Source: Octopus bimaculoides (taxonomy: Eukaryota). From it: 42,651 nt of DNA. The DNA is taken from positions 48,543,414-48,586,064 of the forward strand of contig NC_068981.1 of NCBI RefSeq assembly GCF_001194135.2, in the 5' to 3' direction. The notes under the pieces were generated by a model that searched no databases, was not told the origin of the DNA, and saw only the letters and a program-made list of their open reading frames with translations. Both the position numbers and the translations under genes were made by a program. This document shows, piece by piece, positions 11,276 through 22,340 of the stretch (the first letter of the stretch is position 1; the number at the start of each line of letters is the position of its first letter).

Positions 11276-13479
11276 AGTCCTCCTTCGAACCCCCAAGAGT
11301 TATTAANNNNNNNNNNNNNNNNNNNNNNNNNNNNNNNNNNNNNNNNNNNNNNNNNNNNNNNNNNNNNNNNNNNNNNNNNNNNNNNNNNNNNNNNNNNNNN
11401 NNNNNNNNNNNNNNNNNNNNNNNNNNNNNNNNNNNNNNNNNNNNNNNNNNNNNNNNNNNNNNNNNNNNNNNNNNNNNNNNNNNNNNNNNNNNNNNNNNNN
11501 NNNNNNNNNNNNNNNNNNNNNNNNNNNNNNNNNNNNNNNNNNNNNNNNNNNNNNNNNNNNNNNNNNNNNNNNNNNNNNNNNNNNNNNNNNNNNNNNNNNN
11601 NNNNNNNNNNNNNNNNNNNNNNNNNNNNNNNNNNNNNNNNNNNNNNNNNNNNNNNNNNNNNNNNNNNNNNNNNNNNNNNNNNNNNNNNNNNNNNNNNNNN
11701 NNNNNNNNNNNNNNNNNNNNNNNNNNNNNNNNNNNNNNNNNNNNNNNNNNNNNNNNNNNNNNNNNNNNNNNNNNNNNNNNNNNNNNNNNNNNNNNNNNNN
11801 NNNNNNNNNNNNNNNNNNNNNNNNNNNNNNNNNNNNNNNNNNTATATATATATATATATACATGTATTGATATGTACATGTGTATGTTTCTGATCCTGTG
11901 TTCTTGTGTATATATACAGATATATTATGCGGGTGATATTCTGAACGAAGACGCTTTAATCGTTTCTCATTCTTTAATTGCTTTAGTTCTTTAGTTCTGT
12001 TTGTACATATTTTGAACTATATTGCAAAGATTTATTAATGATTTTTGTCCATTGTGTTGATATGTCATTTCCTATCATTAAGAAAACTGTCGGCATATTT
12101 GAGGCATATGAGTATGTGCATATGTATCATGACGACGTACTGTAGATAATCTGTCAATTGACGCTTCTTCATAGTTTAAACACAAATTCATAACGTAATT
12201 CTTTTTGTACGCAAAATGCCCTGAAGAGGTTTTCTTACCTGTTCTTAATTTTTCTGAACATTGGCTGTAAATTTTGTTAACTGATAACGTGTGAGCAACT
12301 TTTGTTCATATCTTGGATTTAACGTAAGCCTTTGTTCTTGGAGTAAATGGATTGGCAATCATTCAGCTTCAGTAAATCTTTGTTTATTAGGAAACTGATT
12401 CAATCTTCTGTAAGCATCTAATTCTGCCATATATCGGCAATTTCGGTATTTTCCCAGATTTGTCTTCTTAAACAGCTACATGTCTTTGAATATTCTTCTT
12501 TTTTTCGCAGTGAAATTCTACAATCATGAATAGCTTTGAAGATGTGCTGCATAGATATTCCACAGCTTTAATTGAGACACAAAATTCAACATTAACATGT
12601 TTCCTCTTTTGATAGAAAATGTGCATTTTATTGAAGTACATAAGGATTCTCAACGAAAAATTATCAAATCACTCTGTATTTGGAAGCTGTGTACGACCTT
12701 CCGCTGAACTATGACAATAGTATTAGTGGTGAGAGTAAATTCCTATTCATGCTAGAAACCGACACTTAATGTAGATTTATTTCGAAATAAATTCAGCAGT
12801 TGTGAGTGTGTTTTGGTACAGCTACACCAAATGTTTGTCTTGTTGTAAGGTTCTTTTTAATTATGCAAGAATATTAGGTTGAAGAGATATCCTGAAGTAA
12901 TCAGAGGGAAGGAGCATAGATAAATTATGCTGTAGTTATATGTAGTATATTCAGGGTTCAATCGACCCGCGGCATAGTAGTCAACCAAGTGCATCAGTCA
13001 CCACTCCCTATCACTTTAGCAAAGAACCTACAGGCAATAACACCGCCACTAACACCAACACAACCACAACCATCACCGCCACTACCAACAACATAATCAA
13101 CAGCCAAAACAAGACCACTAACACCAGCATGACACGTAACAACTCCATCAAGTAGAATAACGACATCAGCAAGAACAACAGCAACAACAATATCAGTAGA
13201 AACGAAGCCAGCAGCAACAATGATAATATTATCACTACCAACAGCAGTTTGGACATCAGTAAAATATCTGACGTCTACAATTATATCAAGAGTCATGCTA
13301 TTTACGAAGACAGTAATGAGAATACACAGCCGAAAGAAAAAATTCCGTCACAAATATAATAAAAACACGAACCACTCATTCCTTACAAGGGAAAGCGGAG
13401 GCAGTTAAAAAATATCAGAAAGATATCATTCAGCCGGGCGCTATGTATGTCCCAGAAGAGGAAGTGTTTCCACAAAAAA

Positions 13480-14040
13480 AGAGAAAGATAAATTATAAGA
13501 GCATTAATCGCAGAAAGAAAAACCCAATATTCATTTCCCCAACCGAAATAAGAAAATGCCTGGAGGAGTTGTGAGTTTGGTAGTTTATGTCTGTCGAGGA
13601 AAACAATATAGAACCGTGGTAGCTATTGGTAGCAACGAAAACGAAACGCGTAGGATTGATACTATGAACTGCTCCTCTAACCAGATGCTCCATTTATACA
13701 TCGGACGCCAGGTAACCAAAGTCAGGGTCTCAGGTGTACCACCTCATAAGGTCCAGGCAAAAGTAATGGCGATGCTAGAGAAACACGGGGAGGTGATAAG
13801 CTTACGATCAAGCCTCCAATTACAGAGAACAGGAATTTCCATGAAATCCAGGTTTTAGTTGCTCCGGAAGAAGTTCATGCTTGACGTCCGATGTATAAGG
13901 GGAGCATCTGGTCAAAGGAGCTGGTCATTGTAGCCATCCTATGCGCTTCATTTTCGTTGCTACAGACAGCTACCACCGTCCCATATGGTTTTCCTGGTTA
14001 GATATAAATAACAAAAGGGCACACCTCGTCTAGGCATTCC
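13480..14040. mobile_element. decayed LINE ORF1-like fragments (possibly L1/Tx1 type) as an inverted pair
   Basis: The plus ORF reads ...LYIGRQVTKVRVSGVPPHKVQAKVMAMLEKHGEVI, similar to the RRM-like V.V..VPP......L..YG.V pattern of L1/Tx1 ORF1. 13553-13730 is a diverged reverse complement of ~13880-14040. Confidence 0.4.
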
Positions 14041-14241
14041 AAAGAATCCCTCTCAACACATGACTATGATGCTCACTCATTACTGCTGCTTGTGTTTAGA
14101 GATCCACATACCGTCAGACTATGCGACATGCTGACCTGTGGTATTGAGCAGAATATTTGCAGTAGCCCATCTTTTATACCACGACAAAACAATATACAAG
14201 ATAAAGCTTCCAATCAGTTAAGATCACAAGCCATGAGAGCC
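14041..14241 (-). mobile_element. partial copy of the 14425-14909 non-coding element
   Basis: caacacatg...tggtattgagcagaatatttgcagtagccc...cttccaatcagtta...gccatgagagcc aligns with 14655-14882, with an internal deletion. Confidence 0.8.
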
Positions 14242-14257
14242 TCTGAATGATATTTCA

Positions 14258-14424
14258 ACTTCTTCTTCATCTTATTCTTCCTTATCTTCTTCTTCTTCTT
14301 CTTCTTCTTCTTCTTCTTCTTCTTCTTCTTCTTCTTCTTCTTCTTCTTCTTCTTCTTCTTCTTCTTCTTCTTCTTCTTCTTCTTCTTCTTCTTCTCCTTC
14401 TTCTTCTTCTTCTTATTATTATTA
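14258..14424. repeat. (CTT)n microsatellite grading into (TTA)n
   Basis: Visible repeat; source of the poly-K and poly-L ORFs. Confidence 0.97.
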
Positions 14425-14909
14425 CTGATTATGAGAGCAGTGCATGTCATCAAAGTGACACTTGGTTAACATATGCGAAGCCAAATATATCATATGTGCG
14501 TGACATTGTGATCTCGCTTGACCTTGTAGGTGGGACCCAGTTAGAATTTTCTTCAGCCCTTGTAGCCTATCCTACTCAAACTATCCATGAATAACGTTTG
14601 TTTAAGGATGATAAATATAACACCCATGTTTCCAGAGGTGAATTATTCAAACTCCATAGAATTTCTCACAACACATGGCTCTCATGCTCCCCCACTACTT
14701 CTATTCGTGATCAGCGATGCACATATCGTCAACCAACAAAGAAATGTTCAACTGGTTAAGGTTAAGCAACCGACAAGCAAATGTGTGGTATTGTGCTGAA
14801 TATTTACAGCAGCCCGTATTTTATATCAAGACAAACCAATTGCAACACTTCCAATCAGTTATAATGAAAAGCCATGAGAGCCACGTCCAGGTACTACATC
14901 AGGGCATAT
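14425..14909 (-). mobile_element. ~485-bp non-coding SINE-like interspersed element flanked on both sides by (TAA)n
   Basis: (TTA)n at 14413-14424 and 14910-14927 bound the unit. A second partial copy lies at 14041-14241. No recognisable coding motif. Orientation is inferred from the AAT-type tail. Confidence 0.7.
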
Positions 14910-15029
14910 ATTATTATTATTATTATTGTGTACGCATAATATCCTTGTATTTGATTTATCGAGGTGATTTCGCAAACACCTTCAAAATAATCTTCACGAC
15001 GATTTACATTGGTGAAATTGTAATATTTT

Positions 15030-15810
15030 GCATTTACCATCCGGTTCAGGGTTGGAAGACACAGTCATATGTAATATTTTTTTTCATGGAATTCCTCATA
15101 GTTGTATTCCATTTCGTCAGTATCATCTAGTGTTACATACTTGTACAGGTATTTCTCGTTAATTATCTGATAGCATTGACTGGAACAAATTTAATATTCT
15201 TCAGCTCTAAATAATTTGTCACATTTTAATGCAGCTTTGAAAATTTTTCTTCATTCTTATATGTTGGTTAAATTAGTGAACGTTTTATGGTAGAGTCAGC
15301 ATCCGTCTTCCATCCAGTGCAAATAGTTTTAAACCGGCTATAAATTCGTCCGTAGTATCTATAATAATTTGTGACTTCATTCACTAAATGCATTAATGAA
15401 GCAAGAGCTGGTACAAAATACGGAGGCTCTCAAAGATTTCTTTTCTGATAGGTTGGATATATGGCAGCTTTTGAATTTCTTTTTGTACCACTGTGATATG
15501 GTCGCATTCATTGCTGATGTAGCATGTTCAATATAGCATGTTTGTATTGGAGCAGTTTTATTTATATGCAGTGTCTCCAATATCGAAGGAATTCTTAAGC
15601 TATCCGATATTTTTCGGTAATCAATTCATGTCATACTAATGATTTTTTCTTCTCTTGCTGCCTTCAATAATTGATCTGTTCTCTAGAATCAGCTATTTAC
15701 AGCCAAGCAACACATTTCCGATACTTCTTGCGATTCTCTGATAAGACGTTATTATTTTTATCTGAACAGTTAGGACGCTTTAAAGTAGAGATAGAAGGGT
15801 ATTCTTTCAA
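15030..15810 (-). mobile_element. decayed R4/Dong RT-domain fragment
   Basis: Minus translation gives ...DQLLKAAREEKIISMT*IDYRKISDSLRIPSILETLHINKTAPI..., a degenerate W-IDYxKAxDSxPHSWILE RT motif. Degenerate later RT motifs follow downstream. Many stops and frameshifts. Confidence 0.75.
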
Positions 15811-16659
15811 AAAATAAAAATGAGTTACAGGGCCATATAGATTGCGGTGTATGCATTATTACTACCATAAAAATGCAGCACTGCGATTTTTTTTACGTAT
15901 ATTCCCTTACCACCAAGCTCTCCCTTGTTTGTCTCATTTGCGTATTTGCCTCTCCAAGTGCATTCAAATTATTCGGTGGTATATATGTGCAGTATTCTGC
16001 TAACCTACTTCATGTATGCGGTTCATATAAGTATCACATATTATATGGATACTGTATGTGATGGTACCATTTTAACATTCCAAGCTTAAGTATCATTGCG
16101 TACATGAAAAAAAAAAATTCTTGGGCCTAAGACTTCATAAGATCGTTTATCACAATATGCTCCTGAACTGGACCCCGGTTCATTTCAGTTTGCATGATGT
16201 ATAACAAAATATGTTTTTTTATTTCTTACTTCAATATTTTTTCTAACCTCTCTACTTTCCTGTGGTTAATAAAGCGTTACGGAATCTGTCAAAATGTGGA
16301 TGGCAGTGGCAAGAACGTTTAAGGTGAGGAAATCTACTTTAAATAAAATATTGTAGGTTGTAGATCAACAATTGAGCATTGATTCCTTTGTTAATCTATG
16401 TGATACTCAATCTGTGGCGTTCCGTGGTAAATTACCCTCCATCAAGAAGAATATCCCTTAACTTTCCTTCCAACACCGTTTTATAAAAACTGCCAAGCGA
16501 AAGACAATATGACATTGCAATATTTACAACGTCTTATCTCCTGCAGCAAATAAGCAAAATTTTCCACTCTACCACGCCTCCGTATTGAGGCGGTGTGTGC
16601 AGCATTGTGAGCTAGTTTACCTTGTCGAGAAAATGCAAATTCTTCTCGGCATTTTATTG

Positions 16660-17200
16660 TGCTAGTCTGTTTTATTCGGTGTATGTTTGCATTTTTTTTT
16701 TCTTTTGGTTAAATCAGTGTTTGTATTGTGTGCTGTGTGTGTAATGCGAATTGTGTTCTTCCATTGGGTATGGGTGATTGTTTATTTTATTGAATGTTAA
16801 TTGTTTTCTTGAGTCATATTGATAGCGTCTTGAGTAGGATGTGTGAGGTGTTCCTAGCAGGGTTATTTTTAGGGATAGTGTGTAAGAGTTCAAGGTCCAG
16901 ATATAACTTCTACTTTATTGTTCATATGTTTTTTATCATACCAAAGTCACCAGTTGTTACTGTCATTGTTTTCATCTTCATGCCTCGAATTTTGAATACT
17001 TCATTTTAAAATGTTGTGTACTTTGATAACTTCTGTTTCTTTTGGGGCAATATTTTGATCAGAAGGAACCGCAAAGTCTATCAATAACCCAGAAATGTTT
17101 TTGTAATCCTTAATTATTATGCGTGGATGATAAGCTTTTATTTCTCTGTCGATGCCATCCTCAGTCTTCGGAAGTACTCCATCTACAGTTGCTCTTTTGT
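16660..17200 (-). mobile_element. R4/Dong 3' fragment (RLE endonuclease plus 3' UTR), copy D
   Basis: DREIKAYHPRIIIKDYKNISGLLIDFAVPSDQNIAPKETE is the degenerate DREIKANRPD...D..VP.D.N...KE.EK RLE motif. Degenerate GALG and LLGT.HIL segments follow. Confidence 0.85.
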
Positions 17201-17905
17201 GTCTTCTTCCCTTCTTTTGCGCCATAAGAACGACCCGTTTCTCGAGCGGATAGTGACTTGCGATGAAAAGTGGATTCTTCACAACAACCGACGACGCTCA
17301 GCTTAGTGCTTGGACGCTGACGAAGCTTCACGGCACTTCTCGAAGCCAAAGGTGCACCAAAAGAAAGTTATACTGACTATTTCGTGGTCTGCGGCCGGTT
17401 TCATCTATCACAGCTTTTTGGATCCAGCGAAATCATTACAAGGGAGAAGTACTGTCAGCAAATAGATGAAATACATAAGAAACTCCGACAACAACAGCCA
17501 GCATTGGTCAATAGTAAAGGACCAAATCTTCTCCATGACAACGCTCGCCGCACGTCGCATAACTCACCCTGCAGAAGTTGACAGAATTGGGCTACGAACC
17601 TCTGCCTCATCCGATATACTCACCAGTCTTCCGGCCTACCGAATACCACTGTTCCAAGCATCTCGTTAACTTCCTGCGTGAGAAATGCTTCAAAAACCAA
17701 GAAGATGCCACACACGCCTTCAACGATTTCATCGCCACCAGAACGCAGGATTTTTACGTTACTCTCATAATAAACTTGTTTTCCATTGGCAAAAGTGTGT
17801 TGATTCTGATGGTGTTTATTTCGATTAATAAAGTTTTGTTTGAGCCGAGATATGTGCATCTGCATTTAAAGGTTAAAAACCGCAAGAACTTTCTTGACAA
17901 CATTA
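17200..17905 (+). mobile_element. mariner transposon, 3' half (DDD catalytic domain plus right TIR), inactive
   Basis: Reads LLRHKNDPFLERIVTCDEKWILHNNRRRSA*...KGPNLLHDNAR...LGYEPLPHPIYSPVFRPTEYH...WQKCVDSDGVYFD* across frameshifts. The right end aaaaccgcaagaactttcttgacaacatta|TA resembles mariner TIRs plus a TA target. Confidence 0.93.
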
Positions 17906-17909
17906 TAGT

Positions 17910-18370
17910 TAGCTACTTCCTTGTCATTCTGTCTGAGCTGTTGCTTCGTCTAATGTCCATACGATTACCCCTGGTCCATATCTAAGGAAGTGTTGGTAGC
18001 TTCGATCTTATTCTGTCCATTTAATTTCGTGCCTAATAGTGTTCTTTTCTGCATGTTATATATACTTGTAAGCCATGGTGTTTTTGTTATGCATTTGTCT
18101 GTGTATCTTATTATCACACCTAATGCGCCAACTATGATATGAATTGTTTCTATTTTTTACTCCACTTTCGATTTACCTATATTTCCAAATCTTTCTATTT
18201 TTTAAAGTTTTCCCGTTTCTTTATTGAAACATTGTCATCTGTTGGTATTGGTAGATGGTTTAGAAAGCTTCTCTGACAACCTTATGCGGCTTATTGACCT
18301 CAATTTCTCTATCAGTGTGTATACGCATATCCCAGAGTAATGGATGCTTTCGCATTTTCTGTGGCCTTTA
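17910..18370 (-). mobile_element. R4/Dong 3' fragment (RLE plus 3' UTR), copy C
   Basis: Across frameshifts the minus strand gives (ILW)DMRIHTDREIEVNKP... and ...KETGKL...IETIHIIVGALGVI...MQKRTLLGT. It starts immediately after the (TAA)n tract. Confidence 0.78.

Positions 18371-18449
<79 letters not shown>
18368..18449. repeat. (TTA)n microsatellite, ~26 units; tail of copy B
   Basis: Visible repeat. Confidence 0.97.
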
Positions 18450-18451
<2 letters not shown>

Positions 18452-18972
18452 ATTGCCTTTGCACAGCTTCTAACGTTGAATGCACTACAGCGTCAGCTGT
18501 TCGCTACCAGTGTGCTAAGTTATCACCTCTTATTTTTCGAGCACGTTCCGGACTATTCGAGCGGTTCCAAGCAGTGCTGTTTTATACAAGTGCTACACAC
18601 TTATTGCAGCCCCTATTTGTTCCCTGTACTTCTCAATATATTTACTCACTATTCCCAAGGTTCCGATAGTTATGGTTACTACTACCAGCTGTTTTCATCG
18701 ACCACAACTACTTAACTTCCCAAGCTAACATATCATATCTATCGACTTTCCTTTCTTCCTTATCGCATACCTTGTCAGCTGGGCATGTTATATAAATTAT
18801 CCATCATAGTTTGCTTTCATTCTCAATTAAGACTATACCTGCCTTCCTATTGTCTCATGGTTGCACTGAATCATAAAATCCCATAGGATCTTTGCATAAT
18901 CATTTTCGATGATGCCTTCGAGTTTGAGGTCGCACCAACTTTTTGCCCTGTCATGTCTATACTTGTTGCCTT
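18450..18972 (-). mobile_element. 5'-truncated R4/Dong 3' fragment, copy B
   Basis: LEGIIENDYAKILWDFMIQC...IVLIE...CPADKVCDKEERKVDRYDMLAWEVK*LWSMK...TIGTLGIVSKN...KTALLGTARIVRNVLEK*, then 3' UTR and a (TAA)n tail. Preceded by (TAA)4. Confidence 0.88.
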
Positions 18973-21600
18973 ATTATTATTATGTTCCTATAAATACAAT
19001 AGATTAAATACTTGGAAAAGAATAAGTCCCAACATCGGGCTTCCAAAAGTAACCTTAGAGGCGGAAACTCTTCTTAGTGTATTAACTTTCTCTAGGAACA
19101 CAGTTTTCTGAAGTTGTTCTAATCTGTGTTTTATGCCTATGTCTTCTATCCATCTGTTCGAATCGTTATAGAAAGCTCCCAATGCGCATATAACTATCGG
19201 GATACATTCTGCCTGCACTTTCTATAGTCTCTTCAATTCAGGGGCTACATTCTGTTACTTTGATATTTTTCTACAACTTTCATATCAATATTTTCTTATT
19301 TGTCACAGTAAAGTCAGATATCTGACACTTTCCATTTTAAAGTCTCGTAGCGTCTTGTACATCTTACCTACTGATACTTTAGTAGGTTTATGTTCATACC
19401 ATTTATCAGTATGTTCAAATCTTTGCTTTCTACATAACTACCAGCGGATTCCTCTCCCGAAGTTGTCATATATTTTCATTCACTTACTATATGACTAACG
19501 CTTTCTTCTGTGTATCTACGTGGGTTTTGTCTAACTTGGCTTTTATCCAATTAGACCTTAATGTTTGATCAATCTCTGCTACTAACAGGTTGTCTGTATC
19601 CTTTCTCATCTTCCCCTTCTTTAGTTATAACCATGTCTCACTACTACTATTTGCTGGAATTATCTTGGTCAATTTTTCATGCAATGCCTTCTCCTGTCAG
19701 TCAGAAGATTGCTGCTCTTTTTTTTTTTTTAATTCGTATTGCTTTTTGGTTTCCCTGTGTCTTGCTGTGAATGTAGCAGCTTTTAATAAAATTTCTTCAC
19801 TATTACCTACGTAGGCGTTTATATCTACACTAGCTAAATGAATGCAGTCTTCTACTGACATTAACCCGCGCCTTCCTTTCTAGGTACGTATAAACTTAAT
19901 ACTTCTGCCCTTGGGAGGAGTCCTTCATTCATGTTGAATTCCTTACTAATTATTCATCCTAGCTTTGCTCGTTCAGTTGTTGTCTACTCTACAAAAGCTG
20001 CTGCGCATCTCAGTAATTATACTGCCTAAATAATTACAGCTTTCACTATATACGGACAAGTTAACTTTGACTCCATTAGCTTTCTCAACATTCTGATGTA
20101 CTCCTTCTCAATTTTCCCTTTCTATAGTTAGTGCCCTGCAGGTTCTAATAGTCCTAGATTCTCATAACTCTCTACTAGTTTCAATGACCTTAATATCTGG
20201 CCGTAGGGAAATTAGATGCCTTCACTGTTAACTATCTGTCCTCTCCTCATTACTAATTGTTGTTGTTGTTGGCACTCCGTCGCTTACGACGTCGAGGGTT
20301 CCAGTTGATGCGATCAACGGAACAGCCTGCTCGTGAAATTAACGTGCAAGTAGCTGAGCACTCCACAGACACGTGTACCCTTAACGTAGTTCTCGGGGAT
20401 ATTCAGCGTAACACGGTGTGACAAGGCTGGCCCTTTGAAATACAGGTACAACAGAAACAGGAAGAAAGAGTGAGAGAAAGTTGTGGTGGAAGAGTACAGC
20501 AGGGTTCTCCACCATTCCTTGCCGGAGCTTCGTGGAGCTTTAGGTATTTTCGCTCAATAAACACTCAGAACGCCCGGTCTGGGAATCGAAACCGCGATCA
20601 TATGGCTGCGAGTCCGCTGCCCTAACCACTGGGTTATTGCGTCTTCACTTGCTCATGACTAATATGGCACACTTATCTATGCCAAATTCCATTGCTATAT
20701 CTGTTGTTAAAATGTCTTACAGTCTGTATTAAGGATTCTTTCTCTCTTTCATTCTTACTAAAATATTCACTGAGAGAAAATGGTTAAATTTTCTCTTGGT
20801 ATTTCTGAACTGACACTCTGCTTTTTCTTTTCTTAATAATAAACTGAGTGGGATCAAACATAATGGAAATATTAAAAGAGACAAAGCTTCCCACCTGAAA
20901 ATTCCTCTTTTGATGCTAACTTTCCCTAAGCGTGTGTCATCTGAGTAACGATCAACTGTCCATTTCTTCAGATTAAAGTTAATTAATTCTATTATGCCGT
21001 TTGCTATACTGAATATACTCAAACATTCATTTATCTATGAGTGTGGGATCATGTCAGAGTCTGTCCTATAATCTTTCCATGCTATTGTAAGATTTGTCTT
21101 TCCTACTGTCTAGTCTTTCTTTTCCAGTTCTTTTATGATCTCTTTCAGCTCCACTTCTGTCATCCACTTTCTTTCCTAATAGCCTTAACTCTATCTACTA
21201 ATCTTTGCTCAATCACTTTAACCCTACCCTTCTCTACACATAGTATGAACTTCCTTTCTCTATAGCACCTTCTATTACGTTCAATTTCTAAGTAGCACTG
21301 CGTTGCTATCTTGTTTTCTCCGTTGGTGCACATCTTTCTCCTGACTGTGGCATCGGCTGATGCCGTATTTGGATGACAGCTGTAGTCAGTCTGCAACTTT
21401 ACTGAGCCACGGCCGTGTGAGAGATCTTCCCATGAAGGTCCAAATTAATTTTCTTTGTTACAGCCAGTGTTTCTTCGTGATTCCTCATAAACTGAGGTAA
21501 GGTAACGTTCGTCACCATTGGGGGATTTCCTTCAAGACACAGTTTTGTGAAAATAGGAGGATAACGAATGTAGATACTCAAAGAGTACATTCTTCTAATG
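18973..21600 (-). mobile_element. near full-span R4/Dong element with internal deletion and SINE insertion, copy A
   Basis: Contains an N-terminal RRK..T..EN...CY...R.YR...EQRLVD motif (21400-21110) and RT (GKVSIKRGIF..LSLLIFPLCLIPLSLLL..NHFL). Post-RT LYVPRK..RGLMSVEDC follows. The C-terminus reads PIVICALGAF...LEQLQKTVFLEKVNTLRRV with a short (TAA)4 tail. Homologous to 32400-34810. The 5' boundary is approximate. Confidence 0.88.
20257..20648 (-). mobile_element. tRNA-derived SINE with (CAA)n tail, inserted in copy A, with target-site duplication
   Basis: The minus head gtgaagacgcaataacccagtggttagggcagcggactc...ggtttcgattcccagaccgg has A- and B-box-like motifs. Flanks ctcattactaa (20246-20256) and ctcatgactaa (20652-20662) form a 1-mismatch TSD. 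Confidence 0.9.
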
Positions 21601-22292
21601 AATATTTCATTATCCTTATATTTTTTACTTGTAAGGCATGTTACCAACAATACATGCAATATAATGAGTAACGAAGTAAAAGGAGTAATTTTACCTGACG
21701 GTCAAAACCAGTGACAATGTATTTCCCCTTTCTTCCTCACTACAGCATCGAATCGTATAGTAACCTAATCAGGCATAGTAATGGCATGCGTATTTTACAA
21801 AGGCAAAAGAACTATATCGCTCGAGAAAAACACCCACGGACAGATAACATAAAGCTTGCAATTCAATAAACAGAAGACGTTTCTCTCAATCCAATATTAA
21901 ATTAATGTCTGAATGCATCATTCTAGAGGTTTCATATCCATGTCTTTTTCATCTTATTACCTGCTAAATATTAGCGTTAAAATTATTACGAAATCCCGAG
22001 CTCTCACGAATAGCTATCAAGTTAAAATCTATACATTGCCCTCTTAGTCTTCTGCATGTGTTGTATTCCATTTAAAATTCAAGTTATTGAAGAATATATA
22101 TNNNNNNNNNNNNNNNNNNNNNNNNNNNNNNNNNNNNNNNNNNNNNNNNNNNNNNNNNNNNNNNNNNNNNNNNNNNNNNNNNNNNNNNNNNNNNNNNNNN
22201 NNNNNNNNNNNNNNNNNNNNNNNNNNNNNNNNNNNNNNNNNNNNNNNNNNNNNNNNNNNNNNNNNNNNNNNNNNNNNNNNNNNNNNNNNNNN

Positions 22293-22340
<48 letters not shown>

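Noticed and set aside
11950-12650. Possible highly decayed R4 C-terminal fragment on the minus strand (..RRHD..)
   Set aside because: The motifs could not be placed in a consistent order; too degraded to support.
20560-20648. tRNA gene (also 26015-26081 and ~37020-37095)
   Set aside because: These are SINE heads with A/B-box-like motifs but no complete cloverleaf, and most continue into SINE bodies.
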